From Candidatus Blackburnbacteria bacterium (GTDB taxonomy: Bacteria; Patescibacteriota; Microgenomatia; UBA8517; UBA10165): 64,000 bases of DNA. The stretch's first letter is position 1. Each line of letters opens with the position of its first letter. Positions 64,000 to 64,000 of this stretch are shown here, piece by piece. The notes below the pieces were generated by a model. The model worked only from the letters and a program-made list of their open reading frames with translations, made no database searches and had not been told where the DNA came from. Where the stretch lies: the NCBI GenBank assembly GCA_016183565.1, contig JACPEJ010000001.1:48196-112195 (forward strand), written 5' to 3'. The position numbers were made by a program, and so were the translations under genes.

Positions 64000-64000
64000 T

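Noticed and set aside
1-64000. CRISPR array or cas genes
   Set aside because: No regularly spaced 25-45 bp repeats with unique spacers; the repeats seen are short-period or palindromic
1-64000. Alternative genetic code (UGA=Gly, code 25)
   Set aside because: Conserved genes are full length under code 11 and several (jag, virB4, ppx, HEPN) end at TGA where expected

Overview
Chromosomal window from a Patescibacteria (CPR) bacterium, most likely of the Microgenomates group. This is inferred from gene content, a tRNA group I intron and pervasive leaderless genes; the genetic code is standard 11. The right two-thirds is core genome: dnaN-dnaA / rpmH-rnpA-yidD-yidC-(insert)-jag, a PrgI/VirB4/M23 secretion-like cluster, flippase, rnhA, an epimerase-DUF4012 fusion, rplY, valS, tsaD, vanW, a VirB6-like gene, an MNT-HEPN toxin-antitoxin pair and orphan proteins. 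The left third is an accessory hotspot anchored on a tRNA-Asn(GTT) gene split by a 242-nt group I intron and preceded by a dead HNH endonuclease gene. Downstream of the tRNA lie: (i) an HTH/KilA-N/DUF2130/SNF2-with-17x15aa-repeat/DUF6602 block (candidate defence system); (ii) a decayed small-gene array; (iii) an ArsR-regulated mercury-resistance operon with cupredoxin and an RnfD-FNR fusion. Two degenerate copies of a tRNA-3'-end-like att sequence, each carrying the same conserved about 33-codon minus-strand protein tail, close the first two modules and suggest serial integration by an att-split recombinase that is absent from the window. Several families of 20-40 bp palindromic micro-elements and 6-8 bp-period repeats are inserted throughout, often nested and in frame within genes (virB4, M23 gene, tsaD, even the intron). 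All family assignments are from motif recognition by eye, not database searches.
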